Of a stretch of 64,000 bases of DNA, positions 8,874 to 20,000 are shown one piece after another. Source of the DNA: a virus; IMG/VR virus record IMGVR_UViG_3300042884_000193, positions 1-64,000 of that record; one strand, written 5' to 3'. The translations under genes were made by a program, and so were the position numbers. Positions within the stretch are counted from its first letter, which is position 1. Every line of letters starts with the position of its first letter. The notes under the pieces were generated by a model. It was not told the DNA's origin, did not search any database, and saw only the letters and a program-made list of their open reading frames with translations.

Positions 8874-9338
8874 TTAGTTTGTTATTATAAAGATACCTAA
8901 TAAAAATACGGATATTCCTCCAAAGATCCAATTATTTCTTCTAGAAGTATGCAGTTTACCCTGTGTTGTTTCTATTGAGTCTCTTGCTACTACCAAGTCT
9001 GATTGTAAAACAAAGTTTCTATCAAGGCACTCTGTTGTTCTTTGGTTTGCTGCATCCAGGTATCCACCCACTTTTTTGATCTCAAACTCCTTATCAAGAA
9101 TGCGGAGTTCATAGGTTTTAATGATCTGGTCTTTGCCTGCAATACTTTTCTGCAAGTAGTCATAGTCCACAATAGATTTAAGCAAGAACTCCTCTTGTTT
9201 ATCTGTGAAGAAGATACCTTTGGCACCATTATAATTAATTCTTTGGGGAGTAAGCTGCCCATATACGGTCACGCTGCTCATCATCTGCATTAGGGATAAT
9301 AGCAATAAGTATATCCCGATCACCTTTATCTTTGTCAT
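8874..9338 (-). CDS. Putative lysis accessory (spanin-like) protein: signal peptide, coiled coil, C-terminal TM helix
   Basis: Hydrophobic N-terminus ending VYG/Q, heptad-like middle, C-terminal WIFGGISVFLLGIFII; overlaps the upstream gene. Confidence 0.55.
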   Translation of the reverse strand: MTKIKVIGIYLLLLSLMQMMSSVTVYGQLTPQRINYNGAKGIFFTDKQEEFLLKSIVDYDYLQKSIAGKDQIIKTYELRILDKEFEIKKVGGYLDAANQRTTECLDRNFVLQSDLVVARDSIETTQGKLHTSRRNNWIFGGISVFLLGIFIITN

Positions 9339-9600
9339 CTTGTTTGTTTATAGTGTTTATACTGTTAACTCGTTGAATATCAACAATCTCCAAGCTGTCT
9401 TGTAGTATCTTAAGCTTTAAAGAATCTACTAAGATACTATCTCGTACATCACCAGCATATGCTTGACGCTTAAGATCCTCTATCTTAAGATCTTTTACCT
9501 TATTCTTATATTGTAATATTGCGATAGAGATTACAATAATTACAAGGGCTACTGCTACAGCTATATCGCTATACAGTTTCTTCAGTTGGCGTGTTGTCAT
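9235..9600 (-). CDS. Putative i-spanin-like membrane protein
   Basis: Likely start at ATG 9600 (MTTRQ...); N-terminal TM IAVAVALVIIVISIAIL followed by a coiled coil; lies downstream of the holin-like genes. Confidence 0.55.
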   Translation of the reverse strand: MTTRQLKKLYSDIAVAVALVIIVISIAILQYKNKVKDLKIEDLKRQAYAGDVRDSILVDSLKLKILQDSLEIVDIQRVNSINTINKQDDKDKGDRDILIAIIPNADDEQRDRIWAAYSPKN

Positions 9601-9874
9601 AGTTGATCTCAGGTTGTGGCTCAGGAGCCGGTTGTACTGGTGCTGGTACCTCTTTCCTTTTATCAAAAATCTTTTCAATAACCGTTAAGCCTAGTCCTCC
9701 ACCTGCTATTAGACATAGAGCGTCAAACATAAACTCCGGGGTGATATGATCATCATTACGGAAAGTAGCAACGTATGCTAAGATAATAATATTGAATAAT
9801 GTGAATGCAGATAAGACTCTCTTACTTGAGAGAGAAGACTCATTGCTAAATAGATCATAGAAAAACTTTTTCAT
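9569..9874 (-). CDS. Putative holin (2 TM)
   Basis: SSKRV followed by two hydrophobic helices and a charged/Pro-rich tail; within the lysis cluster. Confidence 0.6.
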   Translation of the reverse strand: MKKFFYDLFSNESSLSSKRVLSAFTLFNIIILAYVATFRNDDHITPEFMFDALCLIAGGGLGLTVIEKIFDKRKEVPAPVQPAPEPQPEINYDNTPTEETV

Positions 9875-10173
9875 ACTTGTGTTTTTTCTGCCTTCTGTGT
9901 ACCAAAGTAGTACGAGAAGATCATTAGGGTTAGTGTTTTTATTAAGTCAAATAACTCTTGGTTCTGGTGGCCACTCAGCAATGGCATTCCAAATGCTACT
10001 ACCTTATCTACTATAAATACTCCTACCAAAGATGCAAAGATTAATAAGATAAACCTTACTAATATGTCTTTGGTATCAGCTTTAAATAGTCTATTAATGT
10101 AGTAAACAAATAATGATATAAAGGCCATACCAAATATGACCCCAAATACCATTGTATTTCCGTGACTAAACAT
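9871..10173 (-). CDS. Putative holin-like membrane protein (3 TM)
   Basis: Three hydrophobic helices ending FSYYFG; directly downstream of the endolysin candidate. Confidence 0.55.
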   Translation of the reverse strand: MFSHGNTMVFGVIFGMAFISLFVYYINRLFKADTKDILVRFILLIFASLVGVFIVDKVVAFGMPLLSGHQNQELFDLIKTLTLMIFSYYFGTQKAEKTQV

Positions 10174-10718
10174 TAGAATTCTCTAAGTAAAGTGTAAGTA
10201 AATGCACTTTTAGCTGAATCTTCACAAGTTGTAATTAATGTAGCATATTGCTTAGGATCATTAAGTACTTGACATCCTGCTGACCATTTATCAATGATGC
10301 TAGATACAGCATTAGGATTAGCACGGTGTATGTTAATACCAAATAAACCGGTATCTTCTTTACCTTGCTCTTCTGCAGTATCATCTTTGTCACCATCACG
10401 GTATACAGTTACAGGTTTACGCTGCACTAATGCTTTGTATTTACCTTGGTGTAATCCTAATTGGTAAGCATCAACATATTGTCCTGGCTTTAACACTGCT
10501 GTACCTTTTGGATTTAGCAAGTTCTTCAACCAGTGTGTACCTGGATTAGTTGTTCCTGAGAATACATGCATCAATGGACCATTTACTAAGTAAAAGGTAT
10601 CATCAAACTTGTTCTTCTCATTTGCTTTAGACCTTACTCCTACAATATGTAGGGTTGGCCATTGGTAACCTAGTTCAGCAAACTTTGCTTCTAGTTCTGT
10701 GTAAGAGTATTTTTTCAT
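10173..10718 (-). CDS. Putative endolysin with L,D-transpeptidase (YkuD-like) catalytic motif
   Basis: GINIH-x(13)-SAGCQV His/Cys motif and TTNPG; adjacent to holin-like genes. Confidence 0.65.
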   Translation of the reverse strand: MKKYSYTELEAKFAELGYQWPTLHIVGVRSKANEKNKFDDTFYLVNGPLMHVFSGTTNPGTHWLKNLLNPKGTAVLKPGQYVDAYQLGLHQGKYKALVQRKPVTVYRDGDKDDTAEEQGKEDTGLFGINIHRANPNAVSSIIDKWSAGCQVLNDPKQYATLITTCEDSAKSAFTYTLLREF

Positions 10719-10734
10719 GTTGCTAATATATTAA

Positions 10735-13700
10735 TTAATTTCTTTTGTTTTCTATTCCTTTCTCATAAGAATTACCAAATGTAAGGTTGCTAAGTAAAAT
10801 ATCAAAAATACTTTGCTGAGCTTTCTTCTTCTCAATTTGTACAAAGTTTTTGATAGCTAAACCAGGCTCTACGTTGTTACCAGTAATACCTATAGCTTTC
10901 ATGGTATAGTTGATCATTTTAGATCCCCCTTCTTTCTGCCAGCTGTAAGGACCAATATCTCTTACATAGAATGCTGCATCATCTCCTGCAATTGTAGCAG
11001 GTAACATACCTAAGATTTTACTATATGCTTCAAAGGTGGTACCGTATACTGCAGATGTTAATGCTAACTTCTGAGTGTAGTCATCTAAACCTAAACCTGG
11101 GATTGGAATCCAAGCTTCAGCATCTGCTTTTGTTTTTAATAAAAGGTATAGGGCGTGATTGCCTAGCCATCCACCAAAGTCAAAGTCAGGGTTATCCTCA
11201 TCTGTAAATAAACCAGGTAATGGGCCACTGCGCTCTCTGATCTTATTGAACTTATCATCATCCCCCATATCAAAACCAAACAGTAATCTAATTAAGATAG
11301 AGTTGATAAGAATCTGAGCTGCCTCTGCCACCATACGCATAGTAGATTTTTTCTCTTCATCAGTCATAAACATAGCACCATTGCCTACATTTCTAACATT
11401 ACGCAAAATACCGGATAGAGCTTGAACATAGAATCCCATTTCACTGTCTCCTGTTCCAATATCATATCTCTCTTCTGGGCTCCAGAACTTACCTCTATGA
11501 GCAAAACGTTTTAATAAACCTCTAGTAAAATACTTTTGTAAGAATGTAATATAGCGATATGCAACATAACGGTTAGCTTCAGGCTGGTCAAACTTAGCAA
11601 ATGCTCCTTGGATGTTTGTAATAACTCCTTGTACTCGGTTTCTGAATTTTTTGAATTCCTCAGAGTTAGATATCTTAAGCTGCTCTATTTGATCTAAGTC
11701 ATTAGACTTTAGACGGTTAAGTTCTTTAATTCTATCTACTGTAACATCATACTTCTTAGCAATTTGATCTAGTGTTTCTCCAGGTAATACATCATGGGTT
11801 ACCTTCTCGTGTGAGTATTCTAGGTTAATACCATCTTTTAATTTAAGTTGACCATCTACTTTCTCCCAAGCATCAGCATAATTGATAGTTATAGGAACAC
11901 CATCTACAGTTCTTGTGATTTTCTTATGCTCCATCATTCCCCACAACACAGACAAAGAAGCTTGCATGTCAAGCCATTGACGAGTACTTGTTAACCAAGT
12001 CATCTCAGCTGCATCACGTGCAAGTGATCGAGTTAATGATCTGCCTAATGTTTTTTGGAAGTATCCTTGAGTAGGATCAAATGCCATAGAAACTTGAACA
12101 TCAAGAGATTTGTCTTTCTCATCAGCATATAAAGAAAAACTGATACTAGCCATTACACCACCAGATCTTGCTAAACCTCTTTGGTAACTAACTAAGTTAA
12201 GATACTTACCTGCAGCTGCTTCAATATTATTTTGCAACACGGCGTCAAAGTAATTGACAAGGGCACTATCTATATTTAATCCAAAGAATCCTAATGATGC
12301 TCTCTTAAATAGTTTATTAGTAAGATTGACAATCCATTTCTGAGATAATACTCCCGTGTTGTTTTGTCCTAAGAACATCCAGTCATAGAAGTTATCTATA
12401 GTTTTAGCTCTAATGTTTTCACGCTTACCGCCTCTGTTAAACCATTTACTTCTTGCACTACGCATCTTCTTATTCATATCCTCAATAGGCTGAATAGCGT
12501 TATATTGTCCAGTAAGTGGATCCCGCATTGCATTTTTAACTGCTTTCAGAATAGGGTTCATGTCCAGTAACTCCTTCTGTACTTCTAGTGAGTAAGCATA
12601 TCTTAAGATAGTAGAACTAAGCTCAAGAGATACATTTTGATGCTCTAAGTTAGAAATACCGTGTACAGGAATTCCATCACGGTCATCATCAAAAAAATCT
12701 CCTACGGATAATCTTCTTTGTGTTGTTGATACTATTCCTTGATCATAGTCATCTTTAGCATCCTTAAAGAAATCTCGTGCATTCTGGTACCATCTCTTAA
12801 TAAGATTTTCATCTTTACCAGTACGGAATCTCTCAACAGAACCTCCAACTAACCCACCTTCAATTCTAAATCTAGGTGCATCAAGATACATCTTAGAACC
12901 TTTAGGTTTTTTGTTTTGTGCATCAAGATACAACTCTGTAGTAGCTTGTATTAATTCAAATAAAGCTGGGTTGTTTTTCTTAATCTCATAGTACTGTTCA
13001 TTGATGAAAGGACTATCAGCCGGCGCATCTTCTTTAACACGTGGTAACCACTTGTATTTGTTATCTACGGTTTTACCTACAATCTTTTCAGTTCTCCATT
13101 TAGGATCTATATAACTACTATAGTAAGCATCACTAGGTGCAAATGGAATTGTAACATCTACACCTTCTGCGTTTACATAGGTAAGGGTCTCATAGTACTT
13201 TTCTTCTGTAGGCATTACTTCACGCCAAACATTTAGAGGTTCCCAAACTTCATAATTTGCTTTGGTAGTCTCATCTCTTTTAACTCCATTTACGTGGTTC
13301 TTTGCAAAGAATGCCGCAAACTTTTTAGAGTTTTTATAGAGCTCCTGCTCTTCTAGAGTACCATCTTTTTTACCTTGATGAGCTAACTCATCTATTATAT
13401 CTTTTCTTTCTAAGAGAATCTCAATGTTTTTTCTATTTACTGTTGTGCTATTTATCAGAGCTACAACACTATCTGTATCAAGTCCTTCTAATAATGCATT
13501 AAAAGTATTAAGGTACTGATCAGTAGCTTGCTTTACTCGTAATTGCTCAAGCTGCTGACGTATCATTCTAAGAGCTAACTTATCTGCTTTGCTAAGCGGA
13601 TCACCCGCCTGTTTTTTAGCATCTAAAGCTACCTTCTTATCCATGTCTTCTTTACTGATAAAAAGTCTATCCTTAGGATTATTTTTGTTATGCTGTAACT

Positions 13701-16700
13701 TAGAAACTATATCAGCATAGAAGTCAGCTTCTTCAGTAGTCAGACCATCATATCTTTTACCACCTCCGTATTTTTCTTCATTGATTCTTTGCTGAGCTTG
13801 TCTTACCTCATCTAAAATATCATCGGGTACATCTAATCCAAGTAACTCTCCAGTGTCTGGATCTCTGTATGCCTTGTTTACATTGCGGAGGAATATCTCA
13901 TCATCACTCATGGTTGAGCGCTTCTCCTCAGGAATTTTATCAAAGATTGCTTTTCTCTGCTCGAGTAACTCCTTTACCAGATCATCAAACTCTTTGGTAG
14001 TTCTTTTCTTTGTATTTTCTGTAAGGAACTGATCTACAGATTGCTTAAACTCATCACTTGCAGGATCAATATTTTTATTGATTAATCTCTGCATATAGTC
14101 AGTAATAGCAGTTTGGAAGGCTCCCTCATTCTTTACTTTAATTTTATACTGCCTCTTCTCATTCATCCACTCTCTAAGCAACTTAGCTTTAGTAAGAGGT
14201 TTGTTAGTATCTGTATCTACCTTAGGATCACCATTGATATATTTATCTGATGTTAACTCTGATATCTCTCTTAATATTTGTTTCTTTCTAGTGAGAACTT
14301 CCGTATATGCATTAGGATCATTGTAGAATGACTTATCTAAAGAGTTAATCTCTTGCCACTTCTTACTATACTCCTCTCTTGCTTCACGTCCTTCAGGTGT
14401 ACTATCTATTTTGATGTCTGGAGCATATACTCGAACATCAAAATCCATGTAGAAATACTTAAGCTCATAGTTAAATTTATCAGCTTTAGCTTGTCTAAGG
14501 TTATCCTTGTCTGCCTGTGTACCGCTTTTTTCAGCAATGTCAGCAAGCTCTTTAATATTTTTATCTTGAAGTGCTCTGAAGTATCTATAATTTTTATGTG
14601 GAGAAAGTATAGTCCATACAGGAAACTTAACTAAGTTACCGTTTTTATCATTCTCATAAGACTCATCTAAAAATGTAACAGCTTCTCCATACGCCGCAGG
14701 ATTTAATGATTTGTCTAGTCCATTTTCACGGAGCTTAGGTCCTATTATCTTATTGAATTTATCTTGGAACTTTGCAGTACGCAAGTCTACATCTGTCAAT
14801 CTATTTTTAACAAACATTGCAATACTTGACACAACCGGGTCTTGGTTGTGAAGGTAACTCTCTAAGAAACTATTTGCTTGGCTACCGTCTCCTAGTTTAC
14901 CTGATAAGATCATTTCAAACTTCTCTGGTGTTAAACGGATAGCTTCATACTTTGCTTTCCAATCTTCTTGCTGTCTGATGTAACCATCTTTTTTCTTACC
15001 GTCAGAAGCATCAATTCTCTTTTGGAGAATATCAATGATATTAGTATACTTCTCATCAATCTCGGCAGCCATAGGCATAAGTTGCTCATACAACACAGGT
15101 CCAATAGCTGCTCTATCTACACGGTTAATTGTCTTATTCAGCTGATCAACTTCATCTTGGATGTTTGATATAAGTGAGTATAGTGGTGAATTAGTTTTAA
15201 TATACGCCCCGGCAATCTGCGGGTTGTCTAACTCCTCTTTAATTACTCGTATATAACCAGTCCAGTAGTTTGCAAAACCTTTGTAGAATGTAAGAGCATA
15301 CATTGCCTCTACAGACTTCTCAGGTGTAACAGCATCTGCTGCTTTGTTTCTAGCATCCTCATTGATCCTTGTTACAATATTCTGAAGCTTGTATAAGTTA
15401 GTAGCAAATACCTCAGCTCTTACTGCAGCCTGACGCATTTCTGCTTCTACTGTTTCTGCTTCTCGATAGATTTTATCCGACTGAGCGTATAGGTTATTCT
15501 GAATTTCTCTAAGCTCATTATTACTGAATCTATCTTTAAGTAGGTTAGCAATCTCTTTTGTATAACCGTTGTCCTTTAATTTTTGTAAGTAATCCGCCGC
15601 CGAATTATATGTAAAGGTTACTTGTTTGGCAATGGTATTGCTATTTAATTTAAGTAAGTCTTCCACAACATCATTGCGGTTTTCCATGTAGTCAATAACA
15701 TCTTGCTCTGTAATATCTTCTGCTGTAATGTCAGCAATCTTTTTATTCAAGAGCATCTCTGCTAACTCGTTAATAGTGGTATCTAAACCAAGCTTATCCA
15801 ATCTTACTTTAGTATCACCTTTGCTAAACAGCTTACGTAAGAACTGTCTAATGCGGTATAGTATATTACCAATTGCTGTCTTAAACTGCGGCGTCTCTGT
15901 GTTACCCTCTGTTCTATTCTGAAATGCTTCAGTCATAGCTTTTACTATAACCTCATCATAAACCTTAGGAGAATCCTCAGACTCATTAGGCTTACTTGCT
16001 AGAACTTCATTGTATATAAGTTGCCCTTCTTGTGAAGAAAGCAAGTCGTCAATTAATGTGTTATATAACTTAGGGTTCTTTACGCGCAATGCTTTTACAA
16101 ACGGGTGAGAGAACTCGTGAAATGCCATTTGTGGTGTAACATTGTCACTAACAAAGTATGCAGCACCATTCCAAAAGAATGCGGGCTGGTTATTGTAAGG
16201 TTGATTAAGGTCTCTGTGAATCTGTTTAGCCTCTTCCACGGTAATAAAGTTAGCCTCAGCAGTATTGCCAAGGTTATCTATAAGGGTACCGATAAGAGCT
16301 CTTACTTGTTGGTTAGGTTTATTAGTTATAAACTCTGCTGCTGTATTCTGTAGACTTGACTCATTAGCTTTGAAGTTCTCATACTGTATGTATAGATCTA
16401 GCTCATTAACCATAACACCACTTGCATCACGGGTTACTCCCTCACTTAATATATTGTCTGTACTAAACAAAACTACATACGGACTATCAGAAAACATAGT
16501 ATAGTCTATACCCTTGTATCCTTTATCCCTAAGGAAGTCATAGAACTTAGCTTGGTTCTGTAATCCCTCAACGCCATCATCAAAAAGATCATACTGAATG
16601 CCAGTTTGGTTTTGGAACTCAGTTGTCATCTGACGGTATATTTTAGTATCACCGGCAAGCGTACCTGCTAAGTCAATTGTAACTCTTCTAACATTACTTC

Positions 16701-17016
16701 CATAATCCTGCGCCTCAGCCGCATCCATTGTAAAGTAATTTACACTGCGGTTGTCAAGCTCATTAAAACCTTGGAACATTGACACCGTCCTAACTGGAGT
16801 AATAAACTCAGACGCAATCTCAGGAAAGCGGCTTTGGTATTGAAGAACTTTAGAAAGATCCTCTTTCATAATAGATCTAACAACATCTTCTACTGGGCGT
16901 ACTACACCTCCTGATCTAAAGACAGCATCTTTTACTGCTTCAAATAAACCTACACCTTCAGTTTCAGACTTTAATTTTGCCCATTCCGGGCTGCTAGTAT
17001 CTACTCCGCAATACAT
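10735..17016 (-). CDS. Giant virion (ejection/cargo) protein: degenerate ART-PolyVal-like domain, zincin HExxH, LysM
   Basis: 2093 aa. NYFT..EAQDYG..GYKGI..YVVLF at ~16450-16790; HEFSH at 16105-16119; LysM HDVLPGETLDQIAKKYDVTVDRIKELN at ~11670-11800; adjacent to the vRNAP gene. Confidence 0.75.
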   Translation of the reverse strand: MYCGVDTSSPEWAKLKSETEGVGLFEAVKDAVFRSGGVVRPVEDVVRSIMKEDLSKVLQYQSRFPEIASEFITPVRTVSMFQGFNELDNRSVNYFTMDAAEAQDYGSNVRRVTIDLAGTLAGDTKIYRQMTTEFQNQTGIQYDLFDDGVEGLQNQAKFYDFLRDKGYKGIDYTMFSDSPYVVLFSTDNILSEGVTRDASGVMVNELDLYIQYENFKANESSLQNTAAEFITNKPNQQVRALIGTLIDNLGNTAEANFITVEEAKQIHRDLNQPYNNQPAFFWNGAAYFVSDNVTPQMAFHEFSHPFVKALRVKNPKLYNTLIDDLLSSQEGQLIYNEVLASKPNESEDSPKVYDEVIVKAMTEAFQNRTEGNTETPQFKTAIGNILYRIRQFLRKLFSKGDTKVRLDKLGLDTTINELAEMLLNKKIADITAEDITEQDVIDYMENRNDVVEDLLKLNSNTIAKQVTFTYNSAADYLQKLKDNGYTKEIANLLKDRFSNNELREIQNNLYAQSDKIYREAETVEAEMRQAAVRAEVFATNLYKLQNIVTRINEDARNKAADAVTPEKSVEAMYALTFYKGFANYWTGYIRVIKEELDNPQIAGAYIKTNSPLYSLISNIQDEVDQLNKTINRVDRAAIGPVLYEQLMPMAAEIDEKYTNIIDILQKRIDASDGKKKDGYIRQQEDWKAKYEAIRLTPEKFEMILSGKLGDGSQANSFLESYLHNQDPVVSSIAMFVKNRLTDVDLRTAKFQDKFNKIIGPKLRENGLDKSLNPAAYGEAVTFLDESYENDKNGNLVKFPVWTILSPHKNYRYFRALQDKNIKELADIAEKSGTQADKDNLRQAKADKFNYELKYFYMDFDVRVYAPDIKIDSTPEGREAREEYSKKWQEINSLDKSFYNDPNAYTEVLTRKKQILREISELTSDKYINGDPKVDTDTNKPLTKAKLLREWMNEKRQYKIKVKNEGAFQTAITDYMQRLINKNIDPASDEFKQSVDQFLTENTKKRTTKEFDDLVKELLEQRKAIFDKIPEEKRSTMSDDEIFLRNVNKAYRDPDTGELLGLDVPDDILDEVRQAQQRINEEKYGGGKRYDGLTTEEADFYADIVSKLQHNKNNPKDRLFISKEDMDKKVALDAKKQAGDPLSKADKLALRMIRQQLEQLRVKQATDQYLNTFNALLEGLDTDSVVALINSTTVNRKNIEILLERKDIIDELAHQGKKDGTLEEQELYKNSKKFAAFFAKNHVNGVKRDETTKANYEVWEPLNVWREVMPTEEKYYETLTYVNAEGVDVTIPFAPSDAYYSSYIDPKWRTEKIVGKTVDNKYKWLPRVKEDAPADSPFINEQYYEIKKNNPALFELIQATTELYLDAQNKKPKGSKMYLDAPRFRIEGGLVGGSVERFRTGKDENLIKRWYQNARDFFKDAKDDYDQGIVSTTQRRLSVGDFFDDDRDGIPVHGISNLEHQNVSLELSSTILRYAYSLEVQKELLDMNPILKAVKNAMRDPLTGQYNAIQPIEDMNKKMRSARSKWFNRGGKRENIRAKTIDNFYDWMFLGQNNTGVLSQKWIVNLTNKLFKRASLGFFGLNIDSALVNYFDAVLQNNIEAAAGKYLNLVSYQRGLARSGGVMASISFSLYADEKDKSLDVQVSMAFDPTQGYFQKTLGRSLTRSLARDAAEMTWLTSTRQWLDMQASLSVLWGMMEHKKITRTVDGVPITINYADAWEKVDGQLKLKDGINLEYSHEKVTHDVLPGETLDQIAKKYDVTVDRIKELNRLKSNDLDQIEQLKISNSEEFKKFRNRVQGVITNIQGAFAKFDQPEANRYVAYRYITFLQKYFTRGLLKRFAHRGKFWSPEERYDIGTGDSEMGFYVQALSGILRNVRNVGNGAMFMTDEEKKSTMRMVAEAAQILINSILIRLLFGFDMGDDDKFNKIRERSGPLPGLFTDEDNPDFDFGGWLGNHALYLLLKTKADAEAWIPIPGLGLDDYTQKLALTSAVYGTTFEAYSKILGMLPATIAGDDAAFYVRDIGPYSWQKEGGSKMINYTMKAIGITGNNVEPGLAIKNFVQIEKKKAQQSIFDILLSNLTFGNSYEKGIENKRN

Positions 17017-17021
17017 ATTTA

Positions 17022-20000
17022 TTAAGATTTAAAGCACGTTCTTTGTTCTATAATATCAAGCACCATATCATCTGTTATGTTAAGAGCTGGTGTAACATCT
17101 GGTTTATCAGTCTTTAGTACAGTGTCAGAGTTTGTATTTACAACTCCAAGTTGAGCTAGAGCTTCAGACAAATATAAGAAAGTTTTAGTGCCCTTAGCCT
17201 TAATTTTATTCATGGCTCCACCTGTGAAATCACTTGCTCCAATCATACCTTGACCTAGTCCAGTTTTAGGAGTAAAGATTCTAATAGATTCTCTTCTAAC
17301 ACCTTTGTCAACTAACTCCTGGATCTTATTTTTAATACGGGCTATGTCCTCATTGATCATCATAACATTGGTATCATAGCTTGCATCTGTGAAAGACGCA
17401 TCATTATTGTATACCATATTATAAGTTCTCATTGGTATCAAGTTATCAGTACCTACATCATTCAGGATACCCACAACATTATTAAAGGTAGACAAACTCC
17501 ACGCTGGGTTTGTAGTACCGTTGTATAGGAATATGTTTCCTTCTTCCTGGCTAGCAAATACTTTCTTAATATCGGCACTAACTAAGTTATTGATACTATA
17601 CTTGTTTCCAGCAGAGAAGGTAACGGCACTTTCTTTTATACCCGTTGCTTTAGAGTTAGTCTGTGCACCCATTTTGTTGAAGGTACCATCTACCATGTAA
17701 GATCTAAATTGACGGCGAGACTTAAAGCTAGATTTACTGTTAGCCTGTTGGAACCTAGTTATATATTCTCGTATAATATTTTTCTTAGTCTTACCACTAG
17801 CAGCCTGAACAGCTTCTTCTAACACAGGATTTAAGTTTCCTTTGTCTACAAATTGCCATAATGCATTCTCACCTTTACCAGAAATACCAGTTGCAAGTAA
17901 AACAACTGTCGGTAGACGGCTAAAGAATTTAGCAATAGCTTCTTTCTCTTGGTAAGGAATGTTTAATCTTATACTTGTAGGATTAGATAACTCTTTGAAG
18001 TTCTGATAAAGCTTTTCTTTAAGTGGCTTTGAAGGTCTACGGGTCTTTAAGATAAGAACATTAGCTCCTGAAAATAAACCTTTACCGATTGCAGATGCTC
18101 TTAGCAGATCTACCAATGGGTACATTTCCTGAAGGGTAGGGTACTTTAACTTAAGTGCTTCAAATTGCATAGCATAGCTAGCCTCCCCATTAGGAATACC
18201 TCTAAATAACTTATAAATATTAAATACTTGATCTAAAGTCCTATCTCTTAAAATTTCTTCATAGACCTCACGCATAGCTGCGGCGCCTTCTTTTTCTGCA
18301 GGAATAAGTGCTGGACCTAAAACTTTGTTTAGTTGCTCTAGTTCATTAGCTGTAGCAGCTGCTGCACTTATTATATTAACTTTTTTATGAGCTCCTTGTG
18401 ATAAGAAAGTTCTTAGTTGCTGAGCACTAGGGTTAAGCAAGTAAGGTATTTTTCTTGAGTTAATTATCTCAATTGCTCTCTTAGTCTTAGTAGCATCAGC
18501 CACACCATATATAACACATGCATCAGCAAGCTCAATGTTTAAACGTAATACATTTTTAGGATCGGTTCCCTTAATGTTAAATCCAGCAAGATCATTTAGA
18601 TTTTCACCGGTTCCTGTATAACCATCAAGTTGATAACCAAATCTATCCGCAAGGTCCATTGTAAGCCTACCTATACCAGCACTACCGTCTGTGATTAATT
18701 GCTTAACCTCAAGTGGAGCATTTAATGTAAGTGAGTTCTGAGCACGCAACTCTTTTTTCTTCTGAATAAGTCTAGTTTTAAATTCAGGAGTAGTAATTAA
18801 TTGATCAACATCTGTGATTGATCTTAATATCTCTCTGTTCAGAATAAAGTTTTGATACTCCTTCTCAGTAGAGAAAAGATCAGTATCTATTTTAGCGGTA
18901 CGTACCTGCTCATTACTTATGTCTTGATGGTTAGCTACAAGAGTTGCATAGTTATTCTTTATAGACTCCTTTGATACATAAAGAATACCATTTAATACAT
19001 AGGCACCAAATGATTTAAGACCAGCTGCCTCAGCTACAGGTAATTTATTATTTACCGCAAGACCTTTGAATTCTTTTATAGTATCAATGTCTACATCATT
19101 TAAATAGTTCTGCAATAAGAACTGAATATATTGATTTTTAAGTTCATTGAGGGTAACTTCCATGTCATCATAAGTGTTCTTATCAATGCTTTTGATTGAG
19201 GACCACTCAGCTATAAGTATGTCATTGAAATCTTTATCTTCTCTTACTCCAAATAAACCACCTATTAAGTCTTTAGCAACATCTGCAATACGGAATGATG
19301 ATATAACAGAGTTATTAATCATGTGGTCAAGACCTTCAGGATTAAATCTTGCATCTTCAAGCATACCTTTAGCCAACAAATCTTTCTGCATAGTAGCAAA
19401 TAGTCTAGACTCTTTCTTAACGTCAAAGTTTGTATTTCTTTTAAGTTCTGCTAGTGCTTTACCAACGTCCTCCATCTCAAAAAAATGGAATAATACAGCA
19501 TAGTCCTCTGGTCCATATTCAGTGCTCTTATTTAAGATTTTTTTATTCAGGGTATCCTTGTTAAATAGACTCTCTGTATTGTAGTTATCTATAAGCTCAC
19601 GACCAAAAGTATAGGTCAAGTTTCCTAAGCTATACTTACCAGAACTCTCTTTTGTTCCGGTTTTAGGATCAATACTTAATGGTTCTAATTCTAAAGCTTT
19701 AAGTAGATCTATAGGATAGTCAAGTGTATTTTTTGCATTCTCAGAAATCAACATGTCTTTACGAGACTTTACACGGAAGAAGTTAGCATTCTCAGGTGCA
19801 ATGTTGCTAAGGAATGCAAACGGACTCTTAAGTATAGACATGCGTCTTACATACTCACGTATAATAGGCTGATTAACAAAGGCTGCTACATCTTCAAGAG
19901 CAACACCTGCTTGAAGCATTGCAATCATAACCGGCGCCACAGTCTTAACACCATTTAAATAAAAGATCCATGCATCTTTCTCAACGTCTACCCAACCATT

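Noticed and set aside
9600-9678. N-terminal extension of the 147 aa ORF
   Set aside because: It lies inside the holin-like gene; ATG 9600 gives a normal short basic N-region before the TM helix
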